Source of the DNA: Myxococcales bacterium | Lineage (GTDB): Bacteria; Myxococcota_A; Polyangia; Polyangiales; DASUME01 | Reading direction: 5' to 3' | Assembly: GCA_047601445.1 (NCBI GenBank) | Contig: JASGJH010000001.1 | Coordinates: 1,184,001-1,248,000 of the forward strand | DNA length: 64,000 nt | In this document: positions 51,235 through 62,659 of the stretch, piece after piece | Numbering within the stretch: position 1 is the stretch's first letter | Layout of the letters: every line of letters begins with the position of its first letter | The notes under the pieces: model-generated | Seen by the model: only the letters and a program-made list of their open reading frames with translations | Told to the model about the DNA's origin: nothing | The model's database searches: none | Translations under genes and position numbers: made by a program

Positions 51235-51669
51235 TCAGTGAGCGGCTCCGGGGGCCGGGGCAGCTTCAGGAGCGGCAGCGGGAGCCGCTTCGGGGGCGGG
51301 CGCGACAGCCTTGGGGGCCTCGGCCGCAGCGCGCGGGAGCTGGCTCCAGCCTGCGACGCCGGGAGCACCCTGCCCGCTCGCGGGAGCGATGACCGGCGAA
51401 GCGCTGCGACCGCGCTGACCGAGCAGCTTCATGGCCTGGTCGATGGGCATGCTGCCCTTCTGCAGGGTCTCCGCTTCCTTGGCGCGCACGGCGGCCACTT
51501 CGGCCATACCGCGGCTCCACACCTTCTCCTGGTACTCCGCGTTCATCATGCTCGCGAAGTAGGAGTCGAGCAGGAACTTCACGCCGATGAGCATGAAGAC
51601 CGTGAGCACGGTGTAGAAGAAGATGATGCCGTTACGTGGAGGACTGTCGTCGAAACCTTTGGCAGCCAT
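51235..51669 (-). CDS. Small single-TM protein (ActG-like position)
   Basis: One TM, located between actF and sco. Confidence 0.7.
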   Translation of the reverse strand: MAAKGFDDSPPRNGIIFFYTVLTVFMLIGVKFLLDSYFASMMNAEYQEKVWSRGMAEVAAVRAKEAETLQKGSMPIDQAMKLLGQRGRSASPVIAPASGQGAPGVAGWSQLPRAAAEAPKAVAPAPEAAPAAAPEAAPAPGAAH

Positions 51670-51757
51670 GGCCGAAGCTCCTATTGAATCCGCGAGGGTC
51701 GAGGCGGGCGGGCGAGCCCGCGAGCGAATCTGATAAGCGGGCGAACGAGCCTGGTAA

Positions 51758-53113
51758 TCAGGCGTTCAAGAAGTGGAGGGAGCGCGAGAGACGCGGGTCC
51801 TTCACCGGGATGATGGGGTGCTTGGTCATGCGCCAGAACACCAGCGCGAAGTAGGTCCCGCCGACGAACATCAGGCACGCCAGGTCCACCAGGCTGGGGC
51901 TCAGGCCGTGACCGTAGTAGGGCAGCACGAGCCAGTACACCATGGCGAAGTGGAAGCAGAGGATGATGGCCGCGCCGAGACCGAGTGGCGTGAGGGCACG
52001 CTTGGCGTTGCGCGAGAGGATGATGAAGAAGGGCACGATGAAGTGGCCGAAGATGAGCGCGATGCTCCAGGCCTTCCAACCGGCGCCGCCCTCGTCCCAG
52101 CGCTTGTGGTAGTACGTGGTCTCTTCCGGAATGCTCGCGTACCAGATGAGCATGTACTGGGAGAAGTTCACGTACGCCCAGAACACCAGGAAGCCGAACT
52201 GCAGCTTGCCGAGGTCGTGGAAGTGCTCGACGTTGACGGCCTTCTTGAAGTGCCCCTGACCGCGCAGCGAGAGGCCGATCAGGATCGTGGTCGCGAACAG
52301 CGACACGATGCACTGGGCGAAGAAGTTCACGCCGAAGATGGTGGAGATCCACGACGGCTCGAGCGACATCAGCCAGTCGAAAGCCGCGAACGTGGTGGTG
52401 AGCGCGAAGAAGATGATGGCGACGGGCGCGAAGCGCTGTGAGCTCACGGTGTGGGCCGGGTCGCCGTCGATGTCTTGCTTGGTGGAGTTCTGGAAGAACT
52501 TCCGCGAGATGAGGATCCAGGCAGCGAAGTAGATCACCGCGCGGATGATGAAGAACGTGAGGTTGAGGTACGGCTCCTTCTCAGCCAGCACCTTGGCGTG
52601 GGCCGCGTGCTCTGCTTCGGGGAGCACACCCTCGATGGCGGGGGCGTCGTGCTCGCCGCCGGAGTGCTCGCCACCCTTGGCCTCGCCGTGCTCGTCGTGA
52701 CCAGCGGCTTCGTCTGCGTGCTCCGCGCCGTGCTCGCCGTGTCCGGCGTGGTTGAGCCACGGGTAAAGCTGCTCGCGGAACCCGAACACCGGAATGAACA
52801 GGATCAGGAACACCCAGAGCGGCCAGTGCAGGAACTCGGTGAGGCGTCGAATGGTGACGCTCCAGCCGGCGTTCGTGAGCCACTGAAGGATGCCGAAGAA
52901 CACGCCTCCCAGCGCGATGGTCAGGAAGGCGATATAGGCGAACAGGTACGAGAACGCGAAGCGCTCGTGGTCGCTGAAGGCCGTGAACAACACGCCTGCC
53001 AGACCGACGGCACCCACCGCAGCGGCCACCTTCCACGCACCGGCCCAGGAGCTGTCCGCGGGCAGGACGTACGCTTGGCCCGCTGCATCTTGCGCTTTGC
53101 TCTGATTACTCAC
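51758..53113 (-). CDS. actF: Alternative complex III subunit ActF
   Basis: AGWSVTIRR, FDWLMSLEP.W.STIFG, HDLGKL..GF, YMLIWY. Confidence 0.92.
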   Translation of the reverse strand: MSNQSKAQDAAGQAYVLPADSSWAGAWKVAAAVGAVGLAGVLFTAFSDHERFAFSYLFAYIAFLTIALGGVFFGILQWLTNAGWSVTIRRLTEFLHWPLWVFLILFIPVFGFREQLYPWLNHAGHGEHGAEHADEAAGHDEHGEAKGGEHSGGEHDAPAIEGVLPEAEHAAHAKVLAEKEPYLNLTFFIIRAVIYFAAWILISRKFFQNSTKQDIDGDPAHTVSSQRFAPVAIIFFALTTTFAAFDWLMSLEPSWISTIFGVNFFAQCIVSLFATTILIGLSLRGQGHFKKAVNVEHFHDLGKLQFGFLVFWAYVNFSQYMLIWYASIPEETTYYHKRWDEGGAGWKAWSIALIFGHFIVPFFIILSRNAKRALTPLGLGAAIILCFHFAMVYWLVLPYYGHGLSPSLVDLACLMFVGGTYFALVFWRMTKHPIIPVKDPRLSRSLHFLNA

Positions 53114-53712
53114 TGTGCGGCCCCTGTGCTGTTGGCCTGGCTCAACTGAAGCGCGCGCACGTAGGCGACGATGGCCCAGCGGTCGTCCGCGGGCACCTGC
53201 ACGTAGGCGGGCATGTTGTTGTAGCCGTAGGAGATGACTTGATAGAGCTGTCCATCGGGCATCGTGCGGATGCGATCCTGATGGAACGTGGGCGGCTGGA
53301 AGGCCTGGTTGGCTGCGCGCTGGATCACGAGGCCCTTGCCGTTGCCCGTGCCGTCGTGGCAGGGCACGCAGTAGATGCCGTAGCGCCCCTGGCCGCGCTC
53401 AACCAGCTTCTCCATATCTCCTGCGCGCTGAATCACCACCGCGGGGATGGTGTCCACGAAGCCCTGGCCATCGGCCGTGCGACCTTCGGCCACCGCCGGG
53501 TTGAGCTCCATTTCACGCGCCACCGTGCCCTCCACCGGGGCGCGCATGGTGCGACCGTCGGCGAAGAACGCGCTGTAAGCCTGCGGATTGTACCGGGGTT
53601 GCTGGTACATGTTGCGCAGGATGGCGAGGGGCTCTTCCTTGCTCTGGCCGCCGCGGCAGCCGAGGGAGAGGGCACTCAGAGCGAGCACCGCGATTAGACG
53701 TGCGGGCTTCAT
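53110..53712 (-). CDS. actE: ACIII monoheme cytochrome c lipoprotein ActE
   Basis: LGC lipobox, CVPCH, MPAY, RWAIVAYVRALQ. Confidence 0.92.
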   Translation of the reverse strand: MKPARLIAVLALSALSLGCRGGQSKEEPLAILRNMYQQPRYNPQAYSAFFADGRTMRAPVEGTVAREMELNPAVAEGRTADGQGFVDTIPAVVIQRAGDMEKLVERGQGRYGIYCVPCHDGTGNGKGLVIQRAANQAFQPPTFHQDRIRTMPDGQLYQVISYGYNNMPAYVQVPADDRWAIVAYVRALQLSQANSTGAAQ

Positions 53713-54284
53713 ACCTCTTCCACCTCTTCAGAGAGCAGCTCCACGTTGGCGGGATGCAGCGTCTCGAGAAAGCGGCGCGTGTGCGCCACATCGAACTGGG
53801 GATCTGCGGCTTCCACGGAGATGAAGAACTTGTCCGTGGAGAAGGCCTTGAAGCGCTCCGACTCGAACACCGGATGGTTGTGCCGCGGCAGGGCGTTGAG
53901 GCCCAACATGCCGAAGAAGCAACCGAGCGCCGAGAACAGAATCGTGAGCTCGAAGCAGATGGGAATCATCGAGGGGATTGAGATCGGTGGCTTACCGCCG
54001 ATGATGATGGGGTACTCGATGCCGTTGGCCCAGATGATGAGGCCCGCCGCGGTCGCGAGACCCGAGAGCGCCATCACCAACACGATCCAGCCGAGGCGTG
54101 AGTCGCCCATGCCCATCGCGGCGTCCATGCCGTGGATGGGATACGGGGTGTGCACGTCCCACTTCTGGTAGCCGGCATCGCGCACCTTCTCGGCTGCGTG
54201 CAGGACGTCGTCGGGCTTGTCGAACTCGGCGAGGATAATCGCCGGGCGGACTTTCTTCTGGGGGATGGTTTGAGCGGCTGACAT
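53709..54284 (-). CDS. actD: ACIII subunit ActD (DUF3341)
   Basis: DVHTPYPIHG, IGGKP, PICFELTIL. Confidence 0.92.
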   Translation of the reverse strand: MSAAQTIPQKKVRPAIILAEFDKPDDVLHAAEKVRDAGYQKWDVHTPYPIHGMDAAMGMGDSRLGWIVLVMALSGLATAAGLIIWANGIEYPIIIGGKPPISIPSMIPICFELTILFSALGCFFGMLGLNALPRHNHPVFESERFKAFSTDKFFISVEAADPQFDVAHTRRFLETLHPANVELLSEEVEEV

Positions 54285-54299
54285 GACGTTCTGTTCCCC

Positions 54300-55718
54300 T
54301 CACTCCGCCACGACCGGCGCCCCGTGGGGAGCCGCGTGTTCGTCTTCTTCTTCGTGATGATGGGGCTGGGATTCCGGGAGCACGCCCTTCACTTCGGCCA
54401 TGGCGATCATCGGGATCCACCGGATGAACAGCAGGAAGAGCGTGAAGAACAGGCCCAGCGAACCGGCGTAGATGCAGATGTCGATGATGGTCGGGCTGAA
54501 GTTGCCCCAGGACGACGGCAGGAAGTCACGGTGCAGCGAGGTCACGATGATGACGAAGCGCTCGAACCACATGCCGATGTTGATGAAGATACTGACCACG
54601 AACATCACGGGGATGCTGGTGCGGAGCTTCTTCGACCAGAAGAGCTGGGGCGAGATGACGTTGCAGGTGACCATCGACCAGTACGCCCACCAGAGCGGAC
54701 CCGTGGCGCGGTTGATGAACACGTAGCGCTCGTAGGGGTTGCCCGAGTACCACGCGATGAAGAACTCCATCGCGTACGCGTAACCGACCAAGGTGCCCGT
54801 CACGAGCATGATCTTGTTCATCAGCTCGAGGTGCTTCATCGTGACCAGCTCCTGCAGACCGAACACCGAGCGGCAGATCAGCAGGAGGGTCATCACCATC
54901 GCGAAGCCGGAGAACACGGCGCCAGCGACGAAGTACGGCGGGAAGATGGTGGTGTGCCAGCCAGGCATCACGGAGGTAGCGAAGTCGAAGCTAACCACCG
55001 AGTGCACGGAGAGAACGAGGGGGGTCGAGATGGCGGCCAGGATGAGGTACGCGCGCTCGTAGTTGCGCCAGTGGCGGTTCGAACCGCGCCAGCCGAAGGC
55101 GAAGAAGCCGTACACCATCTGGCGGATCCGGCTCGAGGAGCGGTCGCGCAGCGTCGCGAAGTCGGGGATGAGACCCGTGAACCAGAAGAGCAAGGACACC
55201 AGGAAGTAGGTGTTCACCGCGAACACGTCCCAGATGAGCGGGCTCTTGAAGTTCGGCCAGATGCCCATCTGGTTGGGGATGGGCAGCATATAGTAGGCGT
55301 GCCAGAGGCGACCTACGTGGATGCCGGGGAAGATCAAGGCGCAGATAACTGCGAAGATCGTCATCGCTTCCGCGAAGCGGTTGATCGACGTGCGCCACTT
55401 CTGCCGGAACAGGAACAGAACGGCGGAGATCAGCGTGCCCGCGTGACCGATACCGATCCACCAAACGAAGTTGGTGATGTCCCAGGCCCAAGCGACGGGG
55501 CTGTTGTTGCCCCAGCTGCCGATGCCGGTCCACGCCAGGTAGCCGATGGCCAGGCCGAGCACACCCGTGAAGGTGGCGGCGATAAGGAAGAGAATCCACC
55601 ATCCCCGGGGCGCCGGCGTCTCGTTCACGCGACTCACGGAGTCGGTGATCGACTTGCACGTCGTACCCTCGGGCAGAAGCAGACTCTCGCCGATGGCGGT
55701 GATAGGTCCGTCGCTCAT
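54300..55718 (-). CDS. actC: ACIII subunit ActC (NrfD/PsrC family)
   Basis: [35 protein letters not shown]. Confidence 0.95.
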   Translation of the reverse strand: MSDGPITAIGESLLLPEGTTCKSITDSVSRVNETPAPRGWWILFLIAATFTGVLGLAIGYLAWTGIGSWGNNSPVAWAWDITNFVWWIGIGHAGTLISAVLFLFRQKWRTSINRFAEAMTIFAVICALIFPGIHVGRLWHAYYMLPIPNQMGIWPNFKSPLIWDVFAVNTYFLVSLLFWFTGLIPDFATLRDRSSSRIRQMVYGFFAFGWRGSNRHWRNYERAYLILAAISTPLVLSVHSVVSFDFATSVMPGWHTTIFPPYFVAGAVFSGFAMVMTLLLICRSVFGLQELVTMKHLELMNKIMLVTGTLVGYAYAMEFFIAWYSGNPYERYVFINRATGPLWWAYWSMVTCNVISPQLFWSKKLRTSIPVMFVVSIFINIGMWFERFVIIVTSLHRDFLPSSWGNFSPTIIDICIYAGSLGLFFTLFLLFIRWIPMIAMAEVKGVLPESQPHHHEEEDEHAAPHGAPVVAE

Positions 55719-58700
55719 CCCTGCATCTCCGGGTTCGGATTGCGAATCTTGGCTAGGTAGCTGGTACGCGGCTGGGTGCCGATCTCGGGCAGCAGCTTGT
55801 ACTGGCGGTCGAGCTTGGTGAGCTTGGCCACGCGGCTCGAGGGATCGTTCAGGTCGCCGAAGCTGATGCAGCCCGAGGGGCATGCCTGCTGGCAGGCGGT
55901 CTTGATGTCGCCGTCGCGGAGCTTGCGGCCGTCGCGGCGGGCGGAGATCTTGGCCTCCTGGATGCGCTGCACGCAGTAGGAGCACTTCTCCATCACGCCG
56001 CGCATACGCACGGACACGTTGGGATTGAACTGCATGCGCGTGGTCTCAGCGACCTGGCCGGTGAAGTCGAGGAAGTTGAACCGACGCACCTTGTAGGGGC
56101 AGTTGTTCATGCAGTAGCGGGTGCCGATGCAGCGGTTGTAGGCCATGTCATTGAGGCCTTCAGGGCTGTGGGCGGTCGCGTTGACCGGGCACACGTTCTC
56201 GCAGGGAGCTTCCTCGCAGTGCTGACAGCCGACCGGCTGGAATGCCACCTGGGGGTCAGCCTCATCGGCGCCCACGAAGTAGCGGTCCAGACGCAGCCAG
56301 TACATGTCGCGACCGCGAGCGACCTGCTCCTTGCCGACGGTTGAGACGTTGTTCTCGGCCTGGCAGGCGACGAGGCAGGCGTTGCAACCCGAGCAGGAGT
56401 TGAGGTCGATCACGAGCGACCACTTGTGGCCCTCGTACTTCACCTCGGTCCAGAGCGGCAGTGTGCTGAGGGTCGGAGACTTGAACTTCGCGAAGTTCGC
56501 CTTCTCCTTGTACTCCTCCAGCGTGGCATCCAGAGCGATGGGACGGCCCTGCATGCTGTGGGTCTCCTGGGTCTGGGAAACCTTGTACTGACGGCCAACC
56601 TTCTCGACGGTGTAGCCGTCGCCGAAGCCAAAGGCCTGCGTGGTGCGCAGCGGGTAGACATCGACGCCGACGGTCGCACCGTCCTTGACGCCCACCGTAT
56701 CGCGCTGGGGGCTCGGGAGCGGACGTCCCCAACCGAGGTGCAGCGTGATGGTGTTGTCGGTCTGGCCGGGCAGCACCCAGGTCACCACCTCGATGGCGGC
56801 CCCGTTGGCGCCCTTGATGCGCACCAGGTCGAGATTCGCGATGCCCAGCGCCTTGGCCGTGCCGGCCGAGACGTAAGCCGCGTTGTCCCAGCTGATGCAG
56901 CTGAGCGGATCGGGCAGCTCGAGCATCCAAGGATTGTTCGCGTGGCGACCGTCGTAGAGCGCCGGGTCCGCCGCGAAGTTCACTTCGAGGTTGTTGGCGC
57001 CGAGAGCGTTTTTGCTCTCCGGAATCGCGGCCAGAGCCTGCGTGAGCGAGGCGTCGGCGAGCTTGGCGTCGGTGACGGGCTGCACGCTGAGCTCGCGCAC
57101 GAGGCCCAGGTGAAGCGACGCCTTCCACTGCTGCTCGAAGGATGCACCACCCATGCCCTCGCGGACCGTAGTGCGCGTGATGTTGTGGGCGCGCCAATAG
57201 GAAACCCCGCTGGCGAGGGCGAGCACTTCGGCGTCCGTGCGACCGCCGCGCATGGGCGCGATGAGCGGCTGCTGAACGCTGTACGTGCCGTCGCTGGCGC
57301 GTAGGTCGCCCCAGCTCTCGAAGGCGTGCGCGCGCGGAACGGTCCACGTGGTCAGCTGCGAGGTCTGGTTGCGGTGCTCGGAGAGGTGGATGCTGGTGCC
57401 GGCCTTCGAGACCAGCTCGGCAAACTTGAGGTCCGCAGGCGCCTCGAGGACGGGGTTGCCGCCGAGGATCAACAGCGTATCGACGTTGCCACCGGCCACG
57501 TCCTTGGCGAGGGCGGCGATGCCGGCCGTGGCGCCTTCGACGTTGGCGTCGAGCGCGGGCACGAGTTGCACCGAGCGACCGACGTTGCCGAGCGCGTGGT
57601 TGAGGGCGAATGCCAGGGCGTGAACCGCGGCTGGCTGACGGGTGCCCACCACGATGAGCGAGCGACCGCGGGCCTGGGCAGCGCCGATTTCCTTGGCGAT
57701 GGCGACGACAGCCTTCTCTGTGCCGGCCGGAGCCTTGGCTCCCTGCACGGCATTGCGGAGCGCCGCGTAGCTGGTCGGAGCCGCTGCTTCAGCAGCCGGG
57801 GCTGCGCCTTCGACAGGAGCCGGAGCGGCTTCGCCGTCCTTGATGGCACCTTGCGTGACGAGCTCGGCGGCGAGCGCCTTGAGGAAGGCGCCCATGTCAC
57901 GGGCAGGCAGGCGCACGCGGTTATCGGCCGACGCGCCGGTCAGCGTATAGCCGGGCTCGATCGCGTAGAGACGGTTCATGCCGTCGCCGGGCGAGGTCAG
58001 ACGGCGACCGTCCGAGAACTCGCGCGAAGCGCGGGGCGAACCAGGCTCGGTGCCGAGGAAGTCCGCGTCCACCGACACGATGGTGCGGGCGCGACGGTAG
58101 TTGAAGCTCACGTCGAGCGGCGCACCGAAAGCGGCGCTGGCGCCGGCCTTGCGCTCGGCGGAGCTCACGGGCTCGTAGGTGTAGACCTTGGCTTCGGGGA
58201 ACTTGGCCAGGAACTCCTTCTGCACGCGCACGAAGGTGGGCGACTGGCTCGGCTCTGCGAGCACGCGGAGCTTGGCCCCCTTGGTGGCCTCAGCCTTCTT
58301 GGCGAGCTCGGCGAACGCCGCGTCGAAGTCGGCGAACGTGGACTCCTTGAAGCCCTCCCCGCTCTTCTGCGCGGGAGCCGGCGAACGGCTCGCGTCGTAG
58401 AGGTCGAGGATGGACGCCTGGGCGTAGCCGTCCGTGCCGCCGAGGCTGCTCGGATGCTGGGGGTTGCCTTCGACCTTGGTCGGACGACCTTCGTGGGTGG
58501 TCACGAGCAGGCCGAGCGGCTCGCCCGCGCTGCGCACGACGGTGGCGTAGCGAAGGGCCACGCCGGGCACCACGTACTCAGGCTGCTTGGTGAAGGGGAG
58601 GATCTTTTCCTCCGGGCGACGCACGCACCCCTCGAGACCGAGCAACGCACCGGCAGCACCGGCGACGCTCATGAAGGTACGACGGTCGACCTGCAACGCA

Positions 58701-58852
58701 GCGGCCTTGCCATCGGAGCCGTCCACTCCATCGACGAACTCGGCTGAGGCGCGCTCCTGGAACGTCTCGGGATCGGCCTTGGCTTCGAGGCTGGTCCAGA
58801 AGACCTTGCCGTCGGAAGGCTTGGAGAACTGATACGGCTTACGCTTGCTCAT
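55715..58852 (-). CDS. actB: ACIII subunit ActB (molybdopterin-oxidoreductase-like + Fe-S domain)
   Basis: Tat motif [43 protein letters not shown]. Confidence 0.95.
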   Translation of the reverse strand: MSKRKPYQFSKPSDGKVFWTSLEAKADPETFQERASAEFVDGVDGSDGKAAALQVDRRTFMSVAGAAGALLGLEGCVRRPEEKILPFTKQPEYVVPGVALRYATVVRSAGEPLGLLVTTHEGRPTKVEGNPQHPSSLGGTDGYAQASILDLYDASRSPAPAQKSGEGFKESTFADFDAAFAELAKKAEATKGAKLRVLAEPSQSPTFVRVQKEFLAKFPEAKVYTYEPVSSAERKAGASAAFGAPLDVSFNYRRARTIVSVDADFLGTEPGSPRASREFSDGRRLTSPGDGMNRLYAIEPGYTLTGASADNRVRLPARDMGAFLKALAAELVTQGAIKDGEAAPAPVEGAAPAAEAAAPTSYAALRNAVQGAKAPAGTEKAVVAIAKEIGAAQARGRSLIVVGTRQPAAVHALAFALNHALGNVGRSVQLVPALDANVEGATAGIAALAKDVAGGNVDTLLILGGNPVLEAPADLKFAELVSKAGTSIHLSEHRNQTSQLTTWTVPRAHAFESWGDLRASDGTYSVQQPLIAPMRGGRTDAEVLALASGVSYWRAHNITRTTVREGMGGASFEQQWKASLHLGLVRELSVQPVTDAKLADASLTQALAAIPESKNALGANNLEVNFAADPALYDGRHANNPWMLELPDPLSCISWDNAAYVSAGTAKALGIANLDLVRIKGANGAAIEVVTWVLPGQTDNTITLHLGWGRPLPSPQRDTVGVKDGATVGVDVYPLRTTQAFGFGDGYTVEKVGRQYKVSQTQETHSMQGRPIALDATLEEYKEKANFAKFKSPTLSTLPLWTEVKYEGHKWSLVIDLNSCSGCNACLVACQAENNVSTVGKEQVARGRDMYWLRLDRYFVGADEADPQVAFQPVGCQHCEEAPCENVCPVNATAHSPEGLNDMAYNRCIGTRYCMNNCPYKVRRFNFLDFTGQVAETTRMQFNPNVSVRMRGVMEKCSYCVQRIQEAKISARRDGRKLRDGDIKTACQQACPSGCISFGDLNDPSSRVAKLTKLDRQYKLLPEIGTQPRTSYLAKIRNPNPEMQG

Positions 58853-59484
58853 CGGTGACACCCCGAGCAGTGTTGTGGGGGATTGACTTCGGCGGCGCGG
58901 GCGAGCAGCTCGTCTTTGTCGGTCGGAGGCTCCCAAGCCATGTTGGTAATCTGGTCCTTCGGCCGCAGCGCGGGGCCCGGATCACGGTGACAGTCCAAGC
59001 ACCAGCTCATGCTGAGCGGCTGGTCCTGCCGAACCACTTCCATCTGGTCCACGCGGCCGTGGCAGCTCGTGCAGCCCACGCCGTTGGCCAGGTGCACGCT
59101 GTGATCGAAGTAAGCGTGGTCAGGCAGGCGGTGGATGCGCGTCCACTCCACGGGGTTGCCGGACTTCCAGCTCTCGCGGATGGCGGTGAGCTTGATGGAA
59201 TCGGGCTTCACCACTGCGTGGCATCCCATGCAGGTCTGCGTCGCGGGAATCATCGCCTCTTGAGAGCGTTCGATGTTCGCGTGGCAGTAGCGACAGTCGA
59301 TGCCGAGTTCACCCGCATGCAGCTTGTGGCTGTAGGGAACCGGCTGGACTGGCGCGAAACCCACTTGGGTATTTTTGGGCGAGCCGTAGTACCAGATCGC
59401 AAACGTCAGCCCTGCACCACCGAGGACCGCCGCCAAAGCGCCGATCAGGGGCAGGAAATTGAGCGACCGAGGAAAGATTTGCAT
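58849..59484 (-). CDS. actA: ACIII pentaheme cytochrome c ActA
   Basis: Five CxxCH motifs (CRYCH, CMGCH, CTSCH, CLDCH, CSGCH). Confidence 0.95.
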   Translation of the reverse strand: MQIFPRSLNFLPLIGALAAVLGGAGLTFAIWYYGSPKNTQVGFAPVQPVPYSHKLHAGELGIDCRYCHANIERSQEAMIPATQTCMGCHAVVKPDSIKLTAIRESWKSGNPVEWTRIHRLPDHAYFDHSVHLANGVGCTSCHGRVDQMEVVRQDQPLSMSWCLDCHRDPGPALRPKDQITNMAWEPPTDKDELLARAAEVNPPQHCSGCHR

Positions 59485-59871
59485 CTGCGCGTTCTTCTCG
59501 GGTGGGTGAGGTACAGACCGGAAAAGAGGTAACAGCCTCTTCCCGGAGGGATGCCTTTGGACTTCCCGACGCGGACATCCAACACATGTCCGCAAAGGCG
59601 TGATGCCTTTAGGGTCGGGTAACCGAGCGCGTCAAGGGGCACTGGGCACCTCACGTTTTCGGTCGTCAAAAAGCGCGCGGTTTATCCCCTTGGGAGGGAG
59701 CCACGTCAAGAGACTTTGCGAACATCGACGCGCAATTGGCCACGCTGCGACCCTTGCGGGGCGGTGTCGGGGCGGGAGCTCGCGATCGCGTTGGGAATTC
59801 GATTGCGAGTAGCCTGATTGGAGCGGGCTAAGGGCGCCCCCTTTCCAGGCTTGCTCGCATAGCTCAGTCGC

Positions 59872-60531
59872 TCAGCGCTTTAGCCCAAGCAGGAGTCCGT
59901 CTGGCGTGGGGATGCAGACCGTGTCGAAGGCGCGTGCCGCCTCTTCGTGGAACCGGCGCATCGCCTCGGCCTCGGCGCTCTCCTCCAGGAGCCTGCCGAA
60001 GAAGAAGGCGTTGTCCCCGAGCAGCACGCCGCCGCTCCTCAAATGTTCAGCGGCCCAGCGGCCATAGCGATTGTAGTTGCCCTTGTCGGCGTCGATGAAG
60101 ACGACGTCGAAGGGGCCCTCCCGCCGGGCGAGCTCGTCGAGGCCGCCGTCGAGAGCCTTCCCGAGTAAGCACGTGATCCGGTCCGACAGGCCCGCGGTCG
60201 CCACGTTGGCCTGGGCCAGCGCGTGGTGCTTCGGCTCGCTCTCGAAGGTCCAGAGGTGTCCGCCAGGCGCGAGACGCTGCGCCATCCGGATGGCCGAGTA
60301 GCCTGCCAGTGTTCCGACTTCCACCACCTTGCGGGCGCCGGCCAGCCCGATGAGCATCCCGAGCAATTTGCCCTCCGAGGGGGCCACCTGGATGGCAGGG
60401 ATGCCGCTCTCGGCCGGGGTGCCGAAGGCCTTGGCCAGGGAGGCGTCATGCGGAGCGTGGAGTTTCTCGACGTACGCGAGTAGCTCGCGTGTGGTGTAAC
60501 GTGCGCCGGCGCGAGACTGATTGTCTGCCAT
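59872..60531 (-). CDS. O-methyltransferase (COMT-like family 3)
   Basis: VEVGTLAGYS, FDVVFIDADK, GDN. Confidence 0.92.
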   Translation of the reverse strand: MADNQSRAGARYTTRELLAYVEKLHAPHDASLAKAFGTPAESGIPAIQVAPSEGKLLGMLIGLAGARKVVEVGTLAGYSAIRMAQRLAPGGHLWTFESEPKHHALAQANVATAGLSDRITCLLGKALDGGLDELARREGPFDVVFIDADKGNYNRYGRWAAEHLRSGGVLLGDNAFFFGRLLEESAEAEAMRRFHEEAARAFDTVCIPTPDGLLLGLKR

Positions 60532-60562
60532 GGTCCTGACCTCCAGCAGGTAGACTACCGCG

Positions 60563-62602
60563 GTGGTGGACCCACTCGCCCCCGATCAGCTCGGCCCCTA
60601 TCGGCTTGCGCAGCGCATCGCGGTGGGCGGGATGGCAGAAGTGTTCTCGGCGGCGTTACCCCAAGGTGCGGGCGCAGACCGCATGGTCGTGGTCAAGCGC
60701 ATGCTGCCGCGCATCGCGACCGACCCCAGCGCGCGAGCGATGTTCGGTGAGGAGGCCCGATTGGGTCGCCAGATTCGCCATCCCAACGTGGTGCAGGTCA
60801 TCGACCACGGGGGCTCCGAGCAGAACCCCTATATCGTGCTCGAGTTCGTGCAGGGCGTGGACCTGTGGCGACTGATGCGCTTCCTGACGCGCACAGGACG
60901 CCCTCTCACGGTGTCCGAAGCGGTGTTCATCGCGCGTGAGATGCTGCTGGGATTGCACGCGGTGCACGAGGCCACGGACGAGGAGGGACGCCGTCTCAGT
61001 GTGGTGCACAGGGACGTCAGCCCCTCGAACGTACTGCTCTCGGTGCATGGTGAGGTGAAGCTCGGCGACCTCGGCATCGCACGTTCCCGGCTGCGCGAGA
61101 AATTCCCGGACACCTCCATGCACGAGCGGGCCAAGGGGAAACTCGGCTACCTGGCGCCCGAACAGGTAGGCGGTAGCGGTGACGCCGACCGGCGCGCCGA
61201 CGTGTTCTCGGCTGGCGTGGTCTGCGCGGAGCTGCTGATGGGCCGCCCCTTGTTCGCGGGTGGCAGTGAGCTGGCGGTGCTGCTCGCGATCCGAGACTCC
61301 AAGGTGCATCCCTTCATCGAGTTCTCCCGGCAGCTCCCACCAGGCCTGGGCGAGGTGGTGGTGGACGCGCTGGCACAAAAGCCCACGCGTCGCCATGGCA
61401 CAGCCGAGATCTTCGCGGATCTACTATTGCCCTACCTCACCGAGCCGGTGGCCCGCGTGCGCGCGAACTTGGCGCGCTTGGTCATCGAAGCCCAGGAGGC
61501 CGGCCCCACCAACCTGCCCGCCCAGCTCACGCCGACCCGCACCCAGACCGACCCGCGCGGGTTCTTCGAGGGCCATGACGCATCTTTCGACGCGGCCACG
61601 CCGCTGTTCCCAGAGTCGCTGCTCACGCCCCTCGGCGAGCCCCTCGAGTCGGGCACGCTCAAGGTGGGGGCGGTCTATCGCGTCGATACCACTTCCCACG
61701 AACAACTCGGCCCGTGGACCTTCGCCGAGATCGTACAGGCCATCTCCACGGGTCGGCTCAACCCGCTCGATCACGTGTCGATCGACGAAGGTCCACCACG
61801 CGTGTTGTGCGAGATCGTGGAGCTCGCGCGGCATCTGCCGTCGTCGACTGCCACGAACGACATGGAGACGGGGCGACTGCGCCTATCGGGCGAACTGCTT
61901 CCCCTGGACGATGGGGGCATCGTGATCGCCCTGGGGCGAGCTGCCGTGGAGCGCAGCACGGCCCTGTTGCTGTGCGAGCTCGCGGGAGTGCGCAAGGAGG
62001 TCTACGTGAAAGACGGCGCCCCCGCCTTCGTGACCTCGAACGTCGCCGAAGAGCTGCTCGGCGAATACCTGGTGGCCCACAAGATCATCAGCCGCGGCGA
62101 GCTCGACATGGCGTTGGCGGTGATGCCGCGCTTCGAAGGGCGCCTTGGCGACACGCTGAGTGCGCTTGGCCTGGTGGAGCCGGTGATGCTCTTCCAGCAC
62201 ATCGCGGGCCAGGTCCGCGACAAGCTGATCGACCTGTTCCTTTGGACCAGTGGGACCTGCACCCACTATCACGGCGTCCCTCCGCCTCCGAGCGGCTTCC
62301 CCCTCAACATCGACGCGTGGGAGGTGCTGGATCAGGGCCTCAAGCTGCGCATCGAGCGCGGGCTCGAGGAAACTCGTATGCAACGGCTACGCACCAAGCG
62401 CCTGTTGCCGGCCACCGGCGCGAGCCTCTCGGCCATGCGAACCGCCCTTCCCCAGCGGATGCGGCGCTTCTTGACCGAACTCGACCGGCCGCGGAGCATG
62501 CCCGATTTGATCGTGCGTCTCTCGCAGGAGCAAGAACCCGATCAAATCGTACGCGACGCCGTGCTCCTGCTGCATTTGGGTGCCCTGCGCCTCACGGACT
62601 GA
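60563..62602 (+). CDS. Ser/Thr protein kinase with C-terminal GYF-like/DUF4388-like regions
   Basis: GGMAEVF, VVKR, HRDVSPSN, DLG, GYLAPEQ. Confidence 0.92.
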   Translation: MVDPLAPDQLGPYRLAQRIAVGGMAEVFSAALPQGAGADRMVVVKRMLPRIATDPSARAMFGEEARLGRQIRHPNVVQVIDHGGSEQNPYIVLEFVQGVDLWRLMRFLTRTGRPLTVSEAVFIAREMLLGLHAVHEATDEEGRRLSVVHRDVSPSNVLLSVHGEVKLGDLGIARSRLREKFPDTSMHERAKGKLGYLAPEQVGGSGDADRRADVFSAGVVCAELLMGRPLFAGGSELAVLLAIRDSKVHPFIEFSRQLPPGLGEVVVDALAQKPTRRHGTAEIFADLLLPYLTEPVARVRANLARLVIEAQEAGPTNLPAQLTPTRTQTDPRGFFEGHDASFDAATPLFPESLLTPLGEPLESGTLKVGAVYRVDTTSHEQLGPWTFAEIVQAISTGRLNPLDHVSIDEGPPRVLCEIVELARHLPSSTATNDMETGRLRLSGELLPLDDGGIVIALGRAAVERSTALLLCELAGVRKEVYVKDGAPAFVTSNVAEELLGEYLVAHKIISRGELDMALAVMPRFEGRLGDTLSALGLVEPVMLFQHIAGQVRDKLIDLFLWTSGTCTHYHGVPPPPSGFPLNIDAWEVLDQGLKLRIERGLEETRMQRLRTKRLLPATGASLSAMRTALPQRMRRFLTELDRPRSMPDLIVRLSQEQEPDQIVRDAVLLLHLGALRLTD

Positions 62603-62659
62603 CTATCCCCCGAAAGGGTTGCTTTCTGAGCGCCGACTGGCGACCCTCGTCAGGTCACC